A stretch of DNA of 37,817 nucleotides. Origin: a virus. Location of the stretch: positions 1 to 37,817 of the IMG/VR virus record IMGVR_UViG_3300048577_000138; one strand, written 5' to 3'. A model generated the notes under the pieces. The model was not told the origin of the DNA. It was given only the letters and a program-made list of their open reading frames with translations, and searched no databases. Shown piece by piece: positions 13,468 through 21,834 of the stretch. Made by a program: the position numbers and the translations under genes. Each line of letters starts with the position of its first letter. Positions within the stretch are counted from its first letter, which is position 1.

Positions 13468-15132
13468 ATGTACATTACCAACGTAATTACTGGCAAACAG
13501 TTGGCGTGCAAGTGGGTGCGGCTGGCGTGCGAGCGGCATCGCCGTGACCTGCTGCATGGGCCGGAGCGGGGGCTGTGGTTTGACCCGGAGGCTGGCCAGC
13601 ACATCATTGATTTTGCCCGGTTCTGCCGGCATGTAAAGGGGCGTTGGGCGAACCAGGTTGTGGTGCTGGAGCCGTGGCAGCAGGCGCTGCTCTGGATTCT
13701 GTTCGGATGGATGCGGGCGGATGGGGCGCGGCGGTTTCGGTCCTCCTATTGGGAGATGGCGCGCAAGAACGGGAAGTCCCTGGTGGGGGCGATCATCGGG
13801 CTGTATGGGCTGGTGGCGGATGGGGAGGGGGGCGCGGAGATCTACGCGGCGGCGACGAAGCGGGAGCAGGCGAAGGAGGTGTTTACGCCGGCCTGGCTGA
13901 TGGCGAAGAAGTCTCCGGCGCTGAAGAAGCGGCTGACGTGTTACCGGGACAATATTCACATCAAAAATACGGCGTCGAAGTTCGAGCCGGTGGGGCGAGA
14001 TTCGGATACGGCGGATGGGTCGAATCCGCACATTGCGCTGGTGGATGAGCTACACGCTCACCGCGATGATGGAATGTGGGGTGTGCTAGAGACAGGGATG
14101 CGCAGCCGCTGGCAGCCGCTGATGTTTGGGATCACGACGGCGGGTTTCAACCAGGCGTCATGGTGCTATGAGCTGCGCCGGTATGCGACGCAGGTGCTGG
14201 ACGGGATTGTCGTCGATGACGCGTTTTTTGCGATCATTTTTACGCTGGACCGCGAGGATATTGAGCGGCCTGACGGCTGGATGGATGAGACGCTGTGGAT
14301 TAAGTCGAATCCGAACCTCGGGGTTTCGATTGATCTGGAGGGGTTGCGGGCGGCGGCTGTGCGGGCCAAGGCGATGCCGAGCGCCAAGGGCCAGTTCCTC
14401 ACCAAGAGCCTGTCGGTGTGGACCAATGCCGGTGTACAGTGGATTCCGGCGGAGCGGTGGTCGCAGTGTTCGGGGGAGGTGGACGAGGCGGCGCTGGCGG
14501 GGCGGCCCTGCTATGGAGGGCTGGATCTGTCGAGTACGTTCGACCTGACGGCGCTGGCGTGGGTGTTTCCTCCGTATGGTGACGATCCGCTGTACCGGGT
14601 GGTGATGAGGTTCTGGGCGCCGGAGGCGGCGATTGCGGAGCGGATGCGCCAGCAGCGGGCGAGTTATGCGACGTGGCAGGCGCAGGGGTTTATTGAGATG
14701 ATCCCTGGCGAGGTGATCGACTATGAGTATATCTACCGGCAGATCGAGCAGGATGCGACACAATTTGATGTGAAGCGGGTGGCGTTTGACCGCTGGGGGG
14801 CAAGCCAAATATATGTGCGACTGACGGCGGCTGGGATCGAGATGGTGCAGTTTGGCCAGGGGTTTGCCAGTATGTCGTCTCCGATGAAGGAGTTGGAAAA
14901 GTTGATCCGGGCGCGGGGGCTGGCGCATGGGGGGCACCCGGTGCTGGCGTGGAATATGCACAATCTGATTGCGACGAAGGATCCGGCGGGGAATATCAAG
15001 CCGGATAAGAAGCTGTCGGTGGAGAAAATCGACGGCGGCGTGGCGCTGATCATGGGGCTGGCGGGGGCGACGCTGCATGATGCGGAGGCGGCTAAATCGG
15101 TCTATGACGAAAGGGGGGTGAGGGTGTTATGA
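13468..15132 (+). CDS. terL: Terminase large subunit
   Basis: 554 aa from ATG 13468 (AGGAGA RBS; the track ORF starts at 13339). Contains a Walker-A-like MARKNGKS and ALVDELHAH, and shows the typical Terminase_1 layout. Confidence 0.9.
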   Translation: MYITNVITGKQLACKWVRLACERHRRDLLHGPERGLWFDPEAGQHIIDFARFCRHVKGRWANQVVVLEPWQQALLWILFGWMRADGARRFRSSYWEMARKNGKSLVGAIIGLYGLVADGEGGAEIYAAATKREQAKEVFTPAWLMAKKSPALKKRLTCYRDNIHIKNTASKFEPVGRDSDTADGSNPHIALVDELHAHRDDGMWGVLETGMRSRWQPLMFGITTAGFNQASWCYELRRYATQVLDGIVVDDAFFAIIFTLDREDIERPDGWMDETLWIKSNPNLGVSIDLEGLRAAAVRAKAMPSAKGQFLTKSLSVWTNAGVQWIPAERWSQCSGEVDEAALAGRPCYGGLDLSSTFDLTALAWVFPPYGDDPLYRVVMRFWAPEAAIAERMRQQRASYATWQAQGFIEMIPGEVIDYEYIYRQIEQDATQFDVKRVAFDRWGASQIYVRLTAAGIEMVQFGQGFASMSSPMKELEKLIRARGLAHGGHPVLAWNMHNLIATKDPAGNIKPDKKLSVEKIDGGVALIMGLAGATLHDAEAAKSVYDERGVRVL

Positions 15133-15566
15133 GTGGGTTTCCGCGGGTGCATGTGTCGGCGGCGGTGAATCATCTGGTGCGTGGGGTGGATCTGTTTGTG
15201 TTTGTGCCGCATGTGGAGGATGGGACGTTTTCGGTGGTGGTGGGGCCGGTGGCGTTTGAGCGGGCGGCTGTGGATGCGTCGCCGCCTCCGCTGTTTTCGC
15301 TGAGGATGGAGGAGGCGCAGCGGCTGATGGATGACCTGTGGCACGCGGGTTTGCGGCCTACGCAGGCGGTGGCGGGAGATGCGGTGCTGGCGGCGAAGGA
15401 TGCGCATATTGCGGACCTGCAGCGGCTGGTGTTCGGCTCCGGGGAGGGCGCAGGCGAGGGTGCGGGCAATGGGCTGATCGGGGCGCTGACGCAGGCGGCG
15501 CTGGCGGTTGTGCTGCCGGTGATCACGCTGGCTGAGGATGGGACGGATGAGCGGGATGAGGGCTGA
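15129..15566 (+). CDS. Hypothetical protein (145 aa)
   Basis: Track ORF with an ATGA overlap with terL. Confidence 0.5.
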   Translation: MSGFPRVHVSAAVNHLVRGVDLFVFVPHVEDGTFSVVVGPVAFERAAVDASPPPLFSLRMEEAQRLMDDLWHAGLRPTQAVAGDAVLAAKDAHIADLQRLVFGSGEGAGEGAGNGLIGALTQAALAVVLPVITLAEDGTDERDEG

Positions 15567-15717
15567 CTGGACGGACCTGGCGCTGCTGGTGGGGGTGCTG
15601 CTGATCGGCTATTGGGTGGCGGCGGACTATGGGCTGGCGGCGCTGGGGGCGTTTGTGGGGGCGCTGCTGGTGGTGGTGGCGAGTGCGGTGGCTTACCAGA
15701 GAGGCAGGGGCGATTGA
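15547..15717 (+). CDS. Small two-helix membrane protein (56 aa)
   Basis: Hand-translated: MSGMRADWTDLALLVGVLLIGYWVAADYGLAALGAFVGALLVVVASAVAYQRGRGD. Below the track cutoff. Confidence 0.4.
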   Translation: MSGMRADWTDLALLVGVLLIGYWVAADYGLAALGAFVGALLVVVASAVAYQRGRGD

Positions 15718-15941
15718 TGGCGGATGAGGCTGGGGGCGAGTTGCTGCCGGTGGTGGGCGAGTTGGCGGTGATCCGGCATGGGGATCTGCGGCCGGGGGAT
15801 GTGCTGGTGCTGTCGTGTCTCGGTGGGTTGCCGGATGCCCACTATCGCCGTTTGCAGGCGGCGTGCGCTGAGCTGGGAATCACGGCGATGATCCTGGAGG
15901 GTGGCCTGGAGATTGAGGCGATCCTGCACAAGGGGGAGTGA
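15717..15941 (+). CDS. Hypothetical protein (74 aa)
   Basis: ATG at 15717 inside track ORF 15612..15941, overlapping the upstream stop (TGATG). Confidence 0.5.
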   Translation: MADEAGGELLPVVGELAVIRHGDLRPGDVLVLSCLGGLPDAHYRRLQAACAELGITAMILEGGLEIEAILHKGE

Positions 15942-15942
15942 T

Positions 15943-16248
15943 ATGTTGGCGGATGCGTGGCGGCAGCAGGCGATCAATGCTGTACGGGAGGCGGAGGAGG
16001 GCGATCCGCGAATGCTGGACAGGCTGGCGCTGCTGCTGGAGCAACAGGATGAGACGGTGCGGGCGCTGCGAGAGTTGGGTGAGGGCTGGACGCTGGAGAG
16101 GCTGCTGGATTGGCTACGGGAGCAGCCGTCGATTAAGCGAGTTGTTGCGGAGAGCCTGGCGTCGGTAGTCGAAGATGCGCTCGATGATGCGGTGAGATCG
16201 GGGATTGCGGTGGCTGTGCGAGACGGCCTTGGTGTGAGGTTGGACTGA
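15943..16248 (+). CDS. Hypothetical helical protein (101 aa)
   Basis: ATG at 15943 inside track ORF 15901..16248, with a GGGGGAG RBS. Confidence 0.55.
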   Translation: MLADAWRQQAINAVREAEEGDPRMLDRLALLLEQQDETVRALRELGEGWTLERLLDWLREQPSIKRVVAESLASVVEDALDDAVRSGIAVAVRDGLGVRLD

Positions 16249-16292
16249 GGGGTTGACGGCGGTCGCGGCCTGGTGACGGCGACGGGGGAGTG

Positions 16293-16499
16293 ATGGCGGT
16301 GGAGCTGCGCGCGCTGGGGAAATTTTGGGGGGAGCTGTCGGACGATGGGCGTTACCTGGAGCTGCGCCGGCATGACTGCCGGGTGGCGCGGGTGGACCTG
16401 GTGGAGTCGGCGCGCGCGGGGCGGACGGTGCTGGTGCGGGTGCGCAGTGAGGGGGAGGAGGGCGCGGGCGTTTCCCGGGAAACGGGGGGCGCGGTGTGA
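16293..16499 (+). CDS. Hypothetical protein (68 aa)
   Basis: Track ORF 16290..16499. Its 3' end contains palindrome copy 1. Confidence 0.45.
   Translation: MAVELRALGKFWGELSDDGRYLELRRHDCRVARVDLVESARAGRTVLVRVRSEGEEGAGVSRETGGAV
16469..16484. promoter_or_regulatory. 16-nt perfect palindrome CGTTTCCCGGGAAACG, copy 1 of 3
   Basis: Read directly. The shared flanks give GGCG(K)TTTCCCGGGAAACGG. Confidence 0.5.
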
Positions 16500-16506
16500 G
16501 CCGCTG

Positions 16507-16604
16507 CCAATAGCAGGTAGAGCCAGGAACTTGTGTCCTTCTGTGACCGCACAACGGCGGAGTAGAACCGCCAAAAGGTTTCCACCCGGAAGTGCCTGCT
16601 ATTG
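16507..16604 (+). ncRNA. Candidate structured RNA (10-bp closing helix with three internal hairpins)
   Basis: CAATAGCAGG (16508-16517) pairs perfectly with CCTGCTATTG (16595-16604). Internal hairpins are AGGA..TCCT, GGCGG-AGTAGAA-CCGCC and TTCC..GGAA. No ORF here and no family recognised. Confidence 0.3.
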
Positions 16605-16635
16605 ACGAGAGTATTGTAGCTCGGTCCAGCCCGCC

Positions 16636-16686
16636 GGCCTGCTATAGAGGTCGGAGATCACAGGTTCAAATCCTGTCCCTGCTGCA
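16636..16686 (+). other. tRNA-like fragment (anticodon-arm-like hairpin, canonical T-arm, acceptor 3' strand) that does not fold as a full tRNA
   Basis: GGCCT-GCTATAG-AGGTC hairpin, then T-arm ACAGG-TTCAAAT-CCTGT (16660-16676), then CCCTGCT-G-CAA. No convincing D-arm or 5' acceptor strand. Confidence 0.3.
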
Positions 16687-16767
16687 ATAAACCTTTACAA
16701 GGTTTTAGCGACACCTGCATTAGTGGTGTGACTGCCGGAAGAGTCCGGCGCTCATCTGGTCAGGGGG

Positions 16768-16796
16768 TTGAATGCGCAGACCGGATGTGCTATATT
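16768..16796 (+). promoter_or_regulatory. Near-consensus sigma70-type promoter TTGAAT-N17-(TGc)TATATT
   Basis: -35 at 16768-16773, 17-nt spacer, extended -10 TGCTATATT ending at 16796. It sits in a non-coding island 135 nt upstream of the portal ATG. Confidence 0.55.
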
Positions 16797-16864
16797 GGGT
16801 GTAGCGAGATCTACAACTAGAGCGCAGGGCGAGCGGCGACCATTCAGTCGCATCTCGCCAGATT

Positions 16865-16920
16865 GACGCCAGATAGCTTGTCACGTTCAAAGGTGACGGC
16901 TGTCTGGCGTCTTTTTATTT
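16865..16920 (+). terminator. Strong intrinsic terminator 11 nt upstream of the portal start codon
   Basis: GACGCCAGA (16865-16873) pairs with TCTGGCGTC (16903-16911). Inner helices are AGC/GCT and GTCAC/GTGAC. TTTTTATTT follows. Confidence 0.6.
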
Positions 16921-16930
16921 CCGGTGTGCG

Positions 16931-18631
16931 ATGGGCTTTCTTTCCAGCTTGTTCCAAACGAAGAGTGTAGAGGAGAGGGCGGCTGCGCAGCGCCAGCACC
17001 CATCGGCGGATATTGATTGGGCTGAGTTCCTGGGGGCGGCCAGCCGCACGGCGGGGCTGCCGACGCCTTCGGTGGAGTCGGCGATGACGATGCCGGCGGT
17101 GTACGCGTGTGTGCGCGTGCTGGCGGAGACGGTGGCGAGCCTGCCGCTGATTACGTACCGGACGCGGCCGGATGGTGGCCGGGAGCGGGCGGGCGACCTG
17201 CCGCTGGCGCGGCTGCTGGCGCGGCGGCCCAATCCGGAGATGACTGCGTTTGAGCTGGAGGAGCTGCTGACCAGCCAGTGCGCACAGTGGGGCAACGCGT
17301 ACGCGTTTCTGGATCTCAATCAGCGCGGGCAGGTGACGGCGCTGTGGCCGATGCGACCGGACCGCACGCAGCCCCAGCGGCGCAATGGCGAGCTGCAGTA
17401 TCGCTACCGAATGGACGACGGGCAAGAGGTTGTGATCCCGGCGTGGCAGGTGCACCACCGCAAGGGGCTGTCGGGAGACGGGATTGTCGGCTATTCGCCG
17501 CTGCGCGTGGCGATGCTGGCGGTGTCGCTGGGGATGGCGACTGAGGAGTTCGGCGCCCGCTTTTTCTCGAACGGGGCGCGGCCGGGGATGGTGCTGGAGC
17601 ACCCGGGGAAACTGAGCGATCAGGCGTTCGAGCGGCTGCGGGTGAGTTGGCGGGATGATCACCAGGGGTTGAGCAATGCGCATAAGATCCGCATCCTGGA
17701 GGAGGGGATGAAGATCGAGACGCTGGGGATTCCGCCGGAAGAGGCGCAGTTTTTGCAGACGCGCACGTTCCAGGCGCAGGAGATTGCGCGCATCTACCGG
17801 ATGCCTCCGCACAAGATCGGCCTGCTGGACAACGCCACATTCAGCAATATCGAGCACCAAGCGATTGAGTTCGTGACGGACACGATCCGTCCCTGGCTGC
17901 GCCGGTTTGAGCAGGCGCAGGCGCGCGACCTGCTGACCGAAAGCGAGCGGCAGACGATCTACACGGAATATCTGGTCGAGGGGCTGCTGCGCGGGGATAC
18001 GGTGAGCCGCTACCAGTCGTATGCGGTGGGCCGCCAGTGGGGATGGCTGGCGGTGAATGATATTCGCCGGCTGGAGAATATGGAGCCTATCGCCGACGGC
18101 GACGTCTATCTGCAGCCGCTGAACATGGTGGAGGCCGGGACGCCGGCCGCCAACGGCGCGCCAGATGCCGCCGGCCAGACGCGCAGCCCGGGCAGTGGGG
18201 CCGGGGCTGCGGCCTGGCTGCGGCCGGTGGTTGAGGATGCGGCGAGGCGGCTGGCGCGGCGCGAGGCTGCGGACCTGCGCAAGGATGGTGCGAAGGCGCT
18301 GCGATCTCAGCCGGAGGCGTTTGGTGGCTGGCTGCAGGAGTTTTACGGAGGGGTGGGCGAGGCCGGCTGCCAGATGCTGCAGCCGGTGGCGACGGCGGTG
18401 GCCCAGGCGGCGGGACGCAGCGAGGATGCGCTACGCAGCGCGGTGAGTGCAGCGGTTTTTGAGTCGGCGTGGCGCAGCCTGCAGCAGGCGCGCATGGTGA
18501 CGAGTGAGGCGCAGGGCGCTGGCATGACGCCGGTGGCGGCGCTGGAGCAGTATGCGGCGATGATCGAGGCGGCCGGGCCGCAGGTGCTGGCTGATGCGGT
18601 GCTGGCGGCGTTGGCTGAGGTGGCGAGGTGA
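16931..18631 (+). CDS. Portal protein, HK97 family
   Basis: 566 aa. MGFLSSLF... N-terminus, MPAVYACVRVLAETVASLPL, and a layout typical of HK97-type portals, with an Ala-rich C-terminal extension. Confidence 0.92.
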   Translation: MGFLSSLFQTKSVEERAAAQRQHPSADIDWAEFLGAASRTAGLPTPSVESAMTMPAVYACVRVLAETVASLPLITYRTRPDGGRERAGDLPLARLLARRPNPEMTAFELEELLTSQCAQWGNAYAFLDLNQRGQVTALWPMRPDRTQPQRRNGELQYRYRMDDGQEVVIPAWQVHHRKGLSGDGIVGYSPLRVAMLAVSLGMATEEFGARFFSNGARPGMVLEHPGKLSDQAFERLRVSWRDDHQGLSNAHKIRILEEGMKIETLGIPPEEAQFLQTRTFQAQEIARIYRMPPHKIGLLDNATFSNIEHQAIEFVTDTIRPWLRRFEQAQARDLLTESERQTIYTEYLVEGLLRGDTVSRYQSYAVGRQWGWLAVNDIRRLENMEPIADGDVYLQPLNMVEAGTPAANGAPDAAGQTRSPGSGAGAAAWLRPVVEDAARRLARREAADLRKDGAKALRSQPEAFGGWLQEFYGGVGEAGCQMLQPVATAVAQAAGRSEDALRSAVSAAVFESAWRSLQQARMVTSEAQGAGMTPVAALEQYAAMIEAAGPQVLADAVLAALAEVAR

Positions 18632-19278
18632 CTATGAGCGGGCTAGAGCGGCGCATTGTGCCGGCGCGTGAGATGCGGGTGGTGGAGCAGGGGGACGGCA
18701 AGCCGCGGTTGATCGTGGGCTATGCGGCTGTGTTCGACTCGCTGAGCGTGGAGCTGTGGGGGTTCCGTGAGCGTGTCGCGAGGGGGGCGTTTGCGGACAG
18801 CCTGGCGGCCGGCGACGACGTGCGGGCGTTGTGGAACCACGATCCGAACATTGTGCTGGGGCGGACGCGGAGTGGGACGCTGCGGCTGAGCGAAGACGAG
18901 ACGGGGCTGTATGTGGAGATTGAGCCGCCGGACACGCAGCAGGCCAACGACCTGGTGGCGGTGATCGCCCGCGGGGATGTGGACCAGATGTCGTTTTCGT
19001 TCCGGGTGATCGAAGACAAATGGAGCATCGACGAAAGCGAGCAGTATGTGCGCACGCTGCTGCAGGTGAAACTCTACGACGTGGCGCCGGCGACGTTCCC
19101 GGCCTACCCGGACACGTCGCTGGGGGTGCGCTCGGCGGGGCCGCATCCATTCTATGGGGAGATTCCGGTGATTCCGGCCGCGGCGCAGCGGGCGCTGCCT
19201 GCGGCTGCTGCGGAGGCCGAGGCGCGGGCGCGCCTCGCTGCGCTGCGGCGCCGGTTGGAGATGGCAGAAACTGAGTAG
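18628..19278 (+). CDS. Prohead (maturation) protease, HK97 family (S78/U35)
   Basis: GYAAVFDSLS...RGAFADSL...LWNHDPNIVLGRTRSGTLRLSEDETGLYVEI...ARGDVDQMSFSF. Confidence 0.9.
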   Translation: MTMSGLERRIVPAREMRVVEQGDGKPRLIVGYAAVFDSLSVELWGFRERVARGAFADSLAAGDDVRALWNHDPNIVLGRTRSGTLRLSEDETGLYVEIEPPDTQQANDLVAVIARGDVDQMSFSFRVIEDKWSIDESEQYVRTLLQVKLYDVAPATFPAYPDTSLGVRSAGPHPFYGEIPVIPAAAQRALPAAAAEAEARARLAALRRRLEMAETE

Positions 19279-19292
19279 CGGAGGATAGGGCG

Positions 19293-20525
19293 ATGAATTT
19301 GCGAGAACTGATGGACAAGCGCGCAGGGCTGATGCAGCAGGCGCGTTCGCTGGTTGAGTCGGCGGAGAAGGAAAACCGCAACCTCTCGGCGGAAGAGCAG
19401 GTGCAGTATGACAAGCTGCTGGGCGATGCGCTGGAGCTGAAGACACGCATCGACCGGGCGGCGCAGTTGGCGGAGGAGGAGCGCAGCTCGGGGCTGCCCC
19501 TGGGCGGTGCGCCGAAGAACGACCCGGATCCGCAGGGCGGCGAGAGCCGCAGCGATGACCCGCGCGCCAGCAAGGAGTATCGCCAGGCGTTCACTTCGTT
19601 CCTGCGCGGCGGGTTTGGCGGGCTGGGCGCGGCTGAACACCGTGCGCTGCAGAGCGACCTGAACACGGCGGGCGGCTACCTGGTGACGCCGATGCAGTTT
19701 GTCAACGACCTGATCCAGGCGATGGACAACGCGGTGTGGATCCGGCAGTGGGCGACCACATTCCAGGTGCCGACGGCGCAGAGTCTGGGCGCGCCGAGCC
19801 TGGAGGCAGATCCTGCCGATCCGACGTGGACGGCGGAGATCGCCACGGGGACGGAAGATGGCAGCATGGCGTTTGGGCGGCGCGAGCTGCTCCCGCACCC
19901 GCTGGCCAAGCGCATCAAGCTCTCTAACAAGCTGTTGCGCCAGGTGCGCAACGTGGAGACGCTTGTGCGGGAGCGCCTGGCCTACAAGTTCGCGGTGACG
20001 ATGGAAGCTGCGTACATGACGGGCAACGGCGCGGGCAAGCCGCTTGGCGTGTTTGTGGCGAGCAACGACGGCATCCCCACCACGCGCGACGTGGCGACGG
20101 ACAACGCACAGACGGCCGTGACGATGAACGGGCTGATCAACGCCAAGTACGGCTTGAAGGGCCAGTACTGGGCGGGCGCTCGCTGGATTTTCCACCGCGA
20201 CGTGGTCAAGACAATCGCCAAGTTGGTCGACGGCAACGGGCAGTATATCTGGCGCGATTCGGTGCAGGCCGGGGAGCCGGACCGGCTGCTTGGGCTGCCG
20301 GTGTTCCTCAGCGAGTACGCTCCGAACACGATGACGGCGGGGCTGTACGTGGGCATCCTGGGTGATTTCAGCTACTACTGGATCGCGGATGCCCTGGACA
20401 TGCAGGTGCAGCGGCTGGTGGAGCTGTACGCCGAGGCGAACCAGGTTGGGTTGATCGGGCGCATGGAGAGCGATGGTATGCCGGTGCTGGGCGAGGCGTT
20501 CGTGCGCGTGACGCTGGCGCCCTGA
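19293..20525 (+). CDS. Major capsid protein, HK97 fold
   Basis: 410 aa. A coiled-coil delta-domain N-terminus is followed by GGYLVTPMQFVNDLIQAMDNAVWIRQWATTFQV. The position after the protease fits. Confidence 0.92.
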   Translation: MNLRELMDKRAGLMQQARSLVESAEKENRNLSAEEQVQYDKLLGDALELKTRIDRAAQLAEEERSSGLPLGGAPKNDPDPQGGESRSDDPRASKEYRQAFTSFLRGGFGGLGAAEHRALQSDLNTAGGYLVTPMQFVNDLIQAMDNAVWIRQWATTFQVPTAQSLGAPSLEADPADPTWTAEIATGTEDGSMAFGRRELLPHPLAKRIKLSNKLLRQVRNVETLVRERLAYKFAVTMEAAYMTGNGAGKPLGVFVASNDGIPTTRDVATDNAQTAVTMNGLINAKYGLKGQYWAGARWIFHRDVVKTIAKLVDGNGQYIWRDSVQAGEPDRLLGLPVFLSEYAPNTMTAGLYVGILGDFSYYWIADALDMQVQRLVELYAEANQVGLIGRMESDGMPVLGEAFVRVTLAP

Positions 20526-20610
20526 GCAAGTGACGAAGTGACGGGGTGACGGGGTGGGCGGGGATTGGACCTGCTCACCCCATCGACCAGCTATGAAATA
20601 GGAGGATGAG

Positions 20611-21051
20611 ATGCAGAACCTTGCGAGCAATGTGAAGATCAGCTATGGGCGGGCCGCCGTGGGCAACGCCAACAACACGGACAGCAACACGGCGATCCTG
20701 GACATGAGCGGGTTTGACGGCGTGCTGTTTGTTGCGCCGATCACGGACTGCGTGCAGGCCGGCGTGGCGACCCTGACGGTGGAGAGCAACGCGGCGAACA
20801 GTGATGCGGGGATGGCGGCAATCACGGGGGCAGCGGCTACGGCGACGAGCGCGGCCAATGATGATCTCAACGGCAAGTGCCTGGTGGTGGACGTGTTCAG
20901 TCCGCAAAAGCGGTATGTGCAGGCGGTGGTCACGAGCGCGACGCAGAATATTGCGTTCGGCGACGTGATCGCCATCCAGTACAGAGGGCGCAAGGCGCCC
21001 GTGTCGGTGGCCGCGAGCATCGCCAGCCAGGTGGCCGTGGTGGGGGCCTGA
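20611..21051 (+). CDS. Hypothetical head-associated protein (146 aa; possible decoration protein)
   Basis: Track ORF with an AGGAGG RBS, directly after the capsid gene. No family recognised. Confidence 0.55.
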   Translation: MQNLASNVKISYGRAAVGNANNTDSNTAILDMSGFDGVLFVAPITDCVQAGVATLTVESNAANSDAGMAAITGAAATATSAANDDLNGKCLVVDVFSPQKRYVQAVVTSATQNIAFGDVIAIQYRGRKAPVSVAASIASQVAVVGA

Positions 21052-21072
21052 GCCATAACCAACGGGCGATGG

Positions 21073-21234
21073 ATGGGAGTGGCGGTGGGCTTGGCGCTGA
21101 CGCTGGTGCTGGGGCTGCTCCTGGCGCTGGCGCCGGCGGCTGCAGGGGACGAGACGACCGATGCGGCGCCATATGAGACGGCGGCGCTGCGCAAGGCGGC
21201 CAGGCCGCGGCGGGCTGGGTCGGGGGGCGTGTGA
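21073..21234 (+). CDS. Small signal-peptide/TM protein (53 aa)
   Basis: Hand-translated: MGVAVGLALTLVLGLLLALAPAAAGDETTDAAPYETAALRKAARPRRAGSGGV. It fills the intergenic gap and is below the track cutoff. Confidence 0.3.
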   Translation: MGVAVGLALTLVLGLLLALAPAAAGDETTDAAPYETAALRKAARPRRAGSGGV

Positions 21235-21824
21235 GCATGGACGGGACGTGGCGGCTGGTTTCGATGGGTTCGGCGGTGGAGCCGGTGACGCTGACGGAGG
21301 CGAAACTGCAGTGCCGCGTGGATGGCACTGCGGAGGATGCCCTGCTGGGGGCTTATATCCGGGCGGCGCGCCAGATGTGCGAGGAGCAGACGTGGCGCTC
21401 GCTGCTGACGCAGACGTGGGATCTGTGGCTGCCGTGCTGGCCGCCGTGTCGGTCGATCCGGCTGCCGCGGCCTCCGCTGCGGTCGGTGACGTATGTGAAG
21501 TATTACGACGCCAGCGGCGTGCAGCAGACGCTGAGCAGTGATGCATACCAGGTGATCACGCAGACGGAGCCGGGCGGGATTGCGTTGGCGTCCGGGCAGT
21601 ACTGGCCGGGACATTCGTCTGATGTGGCGCTGCCGATCAATATCCGGTTTGTGGCGGGGTATGGCGACGCGGCGGCAGCGGTCCCGGAAGCATTGCTCCA
21701 GGGGATGCGGCTGCTGATCGGCCACATGTACGCCAACCGGGAGAGTGTCAACGTGGGCAACATCACAAATGTGATGCCGCAAGCGGTGGACTGGCTGTGG
21801 GCGCCGTATATGGTGCGTTGGTGA
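21231..21824 (+). CDS. Head-tail connector (gp6-like, Phage_connect_1 type)
   Basis: VTLTEAKLQCRVDGTAEDALLGAYIRAARQMCEEQTWRSLLTQTW...LPRPPLRSVTYVKYYD...FVAGYG...LLIGHMYANRE. Confidence 0.8.
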   Translation: MSMDGTWRLVSMGSAVEPVTLTEAKLQCRVDGTAEDALLGAYIRAARQMCEEQTWRSLLTQTWDLWLPCWPPCRSIRLPRPPLRSVTYVKYYDASGVQQTLSSDAYQVITQTEPGGIALASGQYWPGHSSDVALPINIRFVAGYGDAAAAVPEALLQGMRLLIGHMYANRESVNVGNITNVMPQAVDWLWAPYMVRW

Positions 21825-21834
21825 GTGAAGGGCG

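Noticed and set aside
16607-16686. Possible complete tRNA gene, suggested by the GGTTCAAATCC T-loop
   Set aside because: The T-arm is canonical, but I could not build a D-arm. The acceptor stem would have two mismatches, the anticodon-like loop GCUAUAG lacks U33, and the spacings are wrong. It is reported only as a tRNA-like fragment and needs tRNAscan-SE or ARAGORN.
20526-20610. Tandem GTGACG(R)(R) x3 and a GGGGTG...CACCCC hairpin after the capsid gene, as a possible terminator or operator
   Set aside because: The stem is only 6 bp with a ~19-nt loop and no U-tract. GTGAC-containing words are common in this GC-rich coding sequence (Val-Thr codons), so significance is doubtful.
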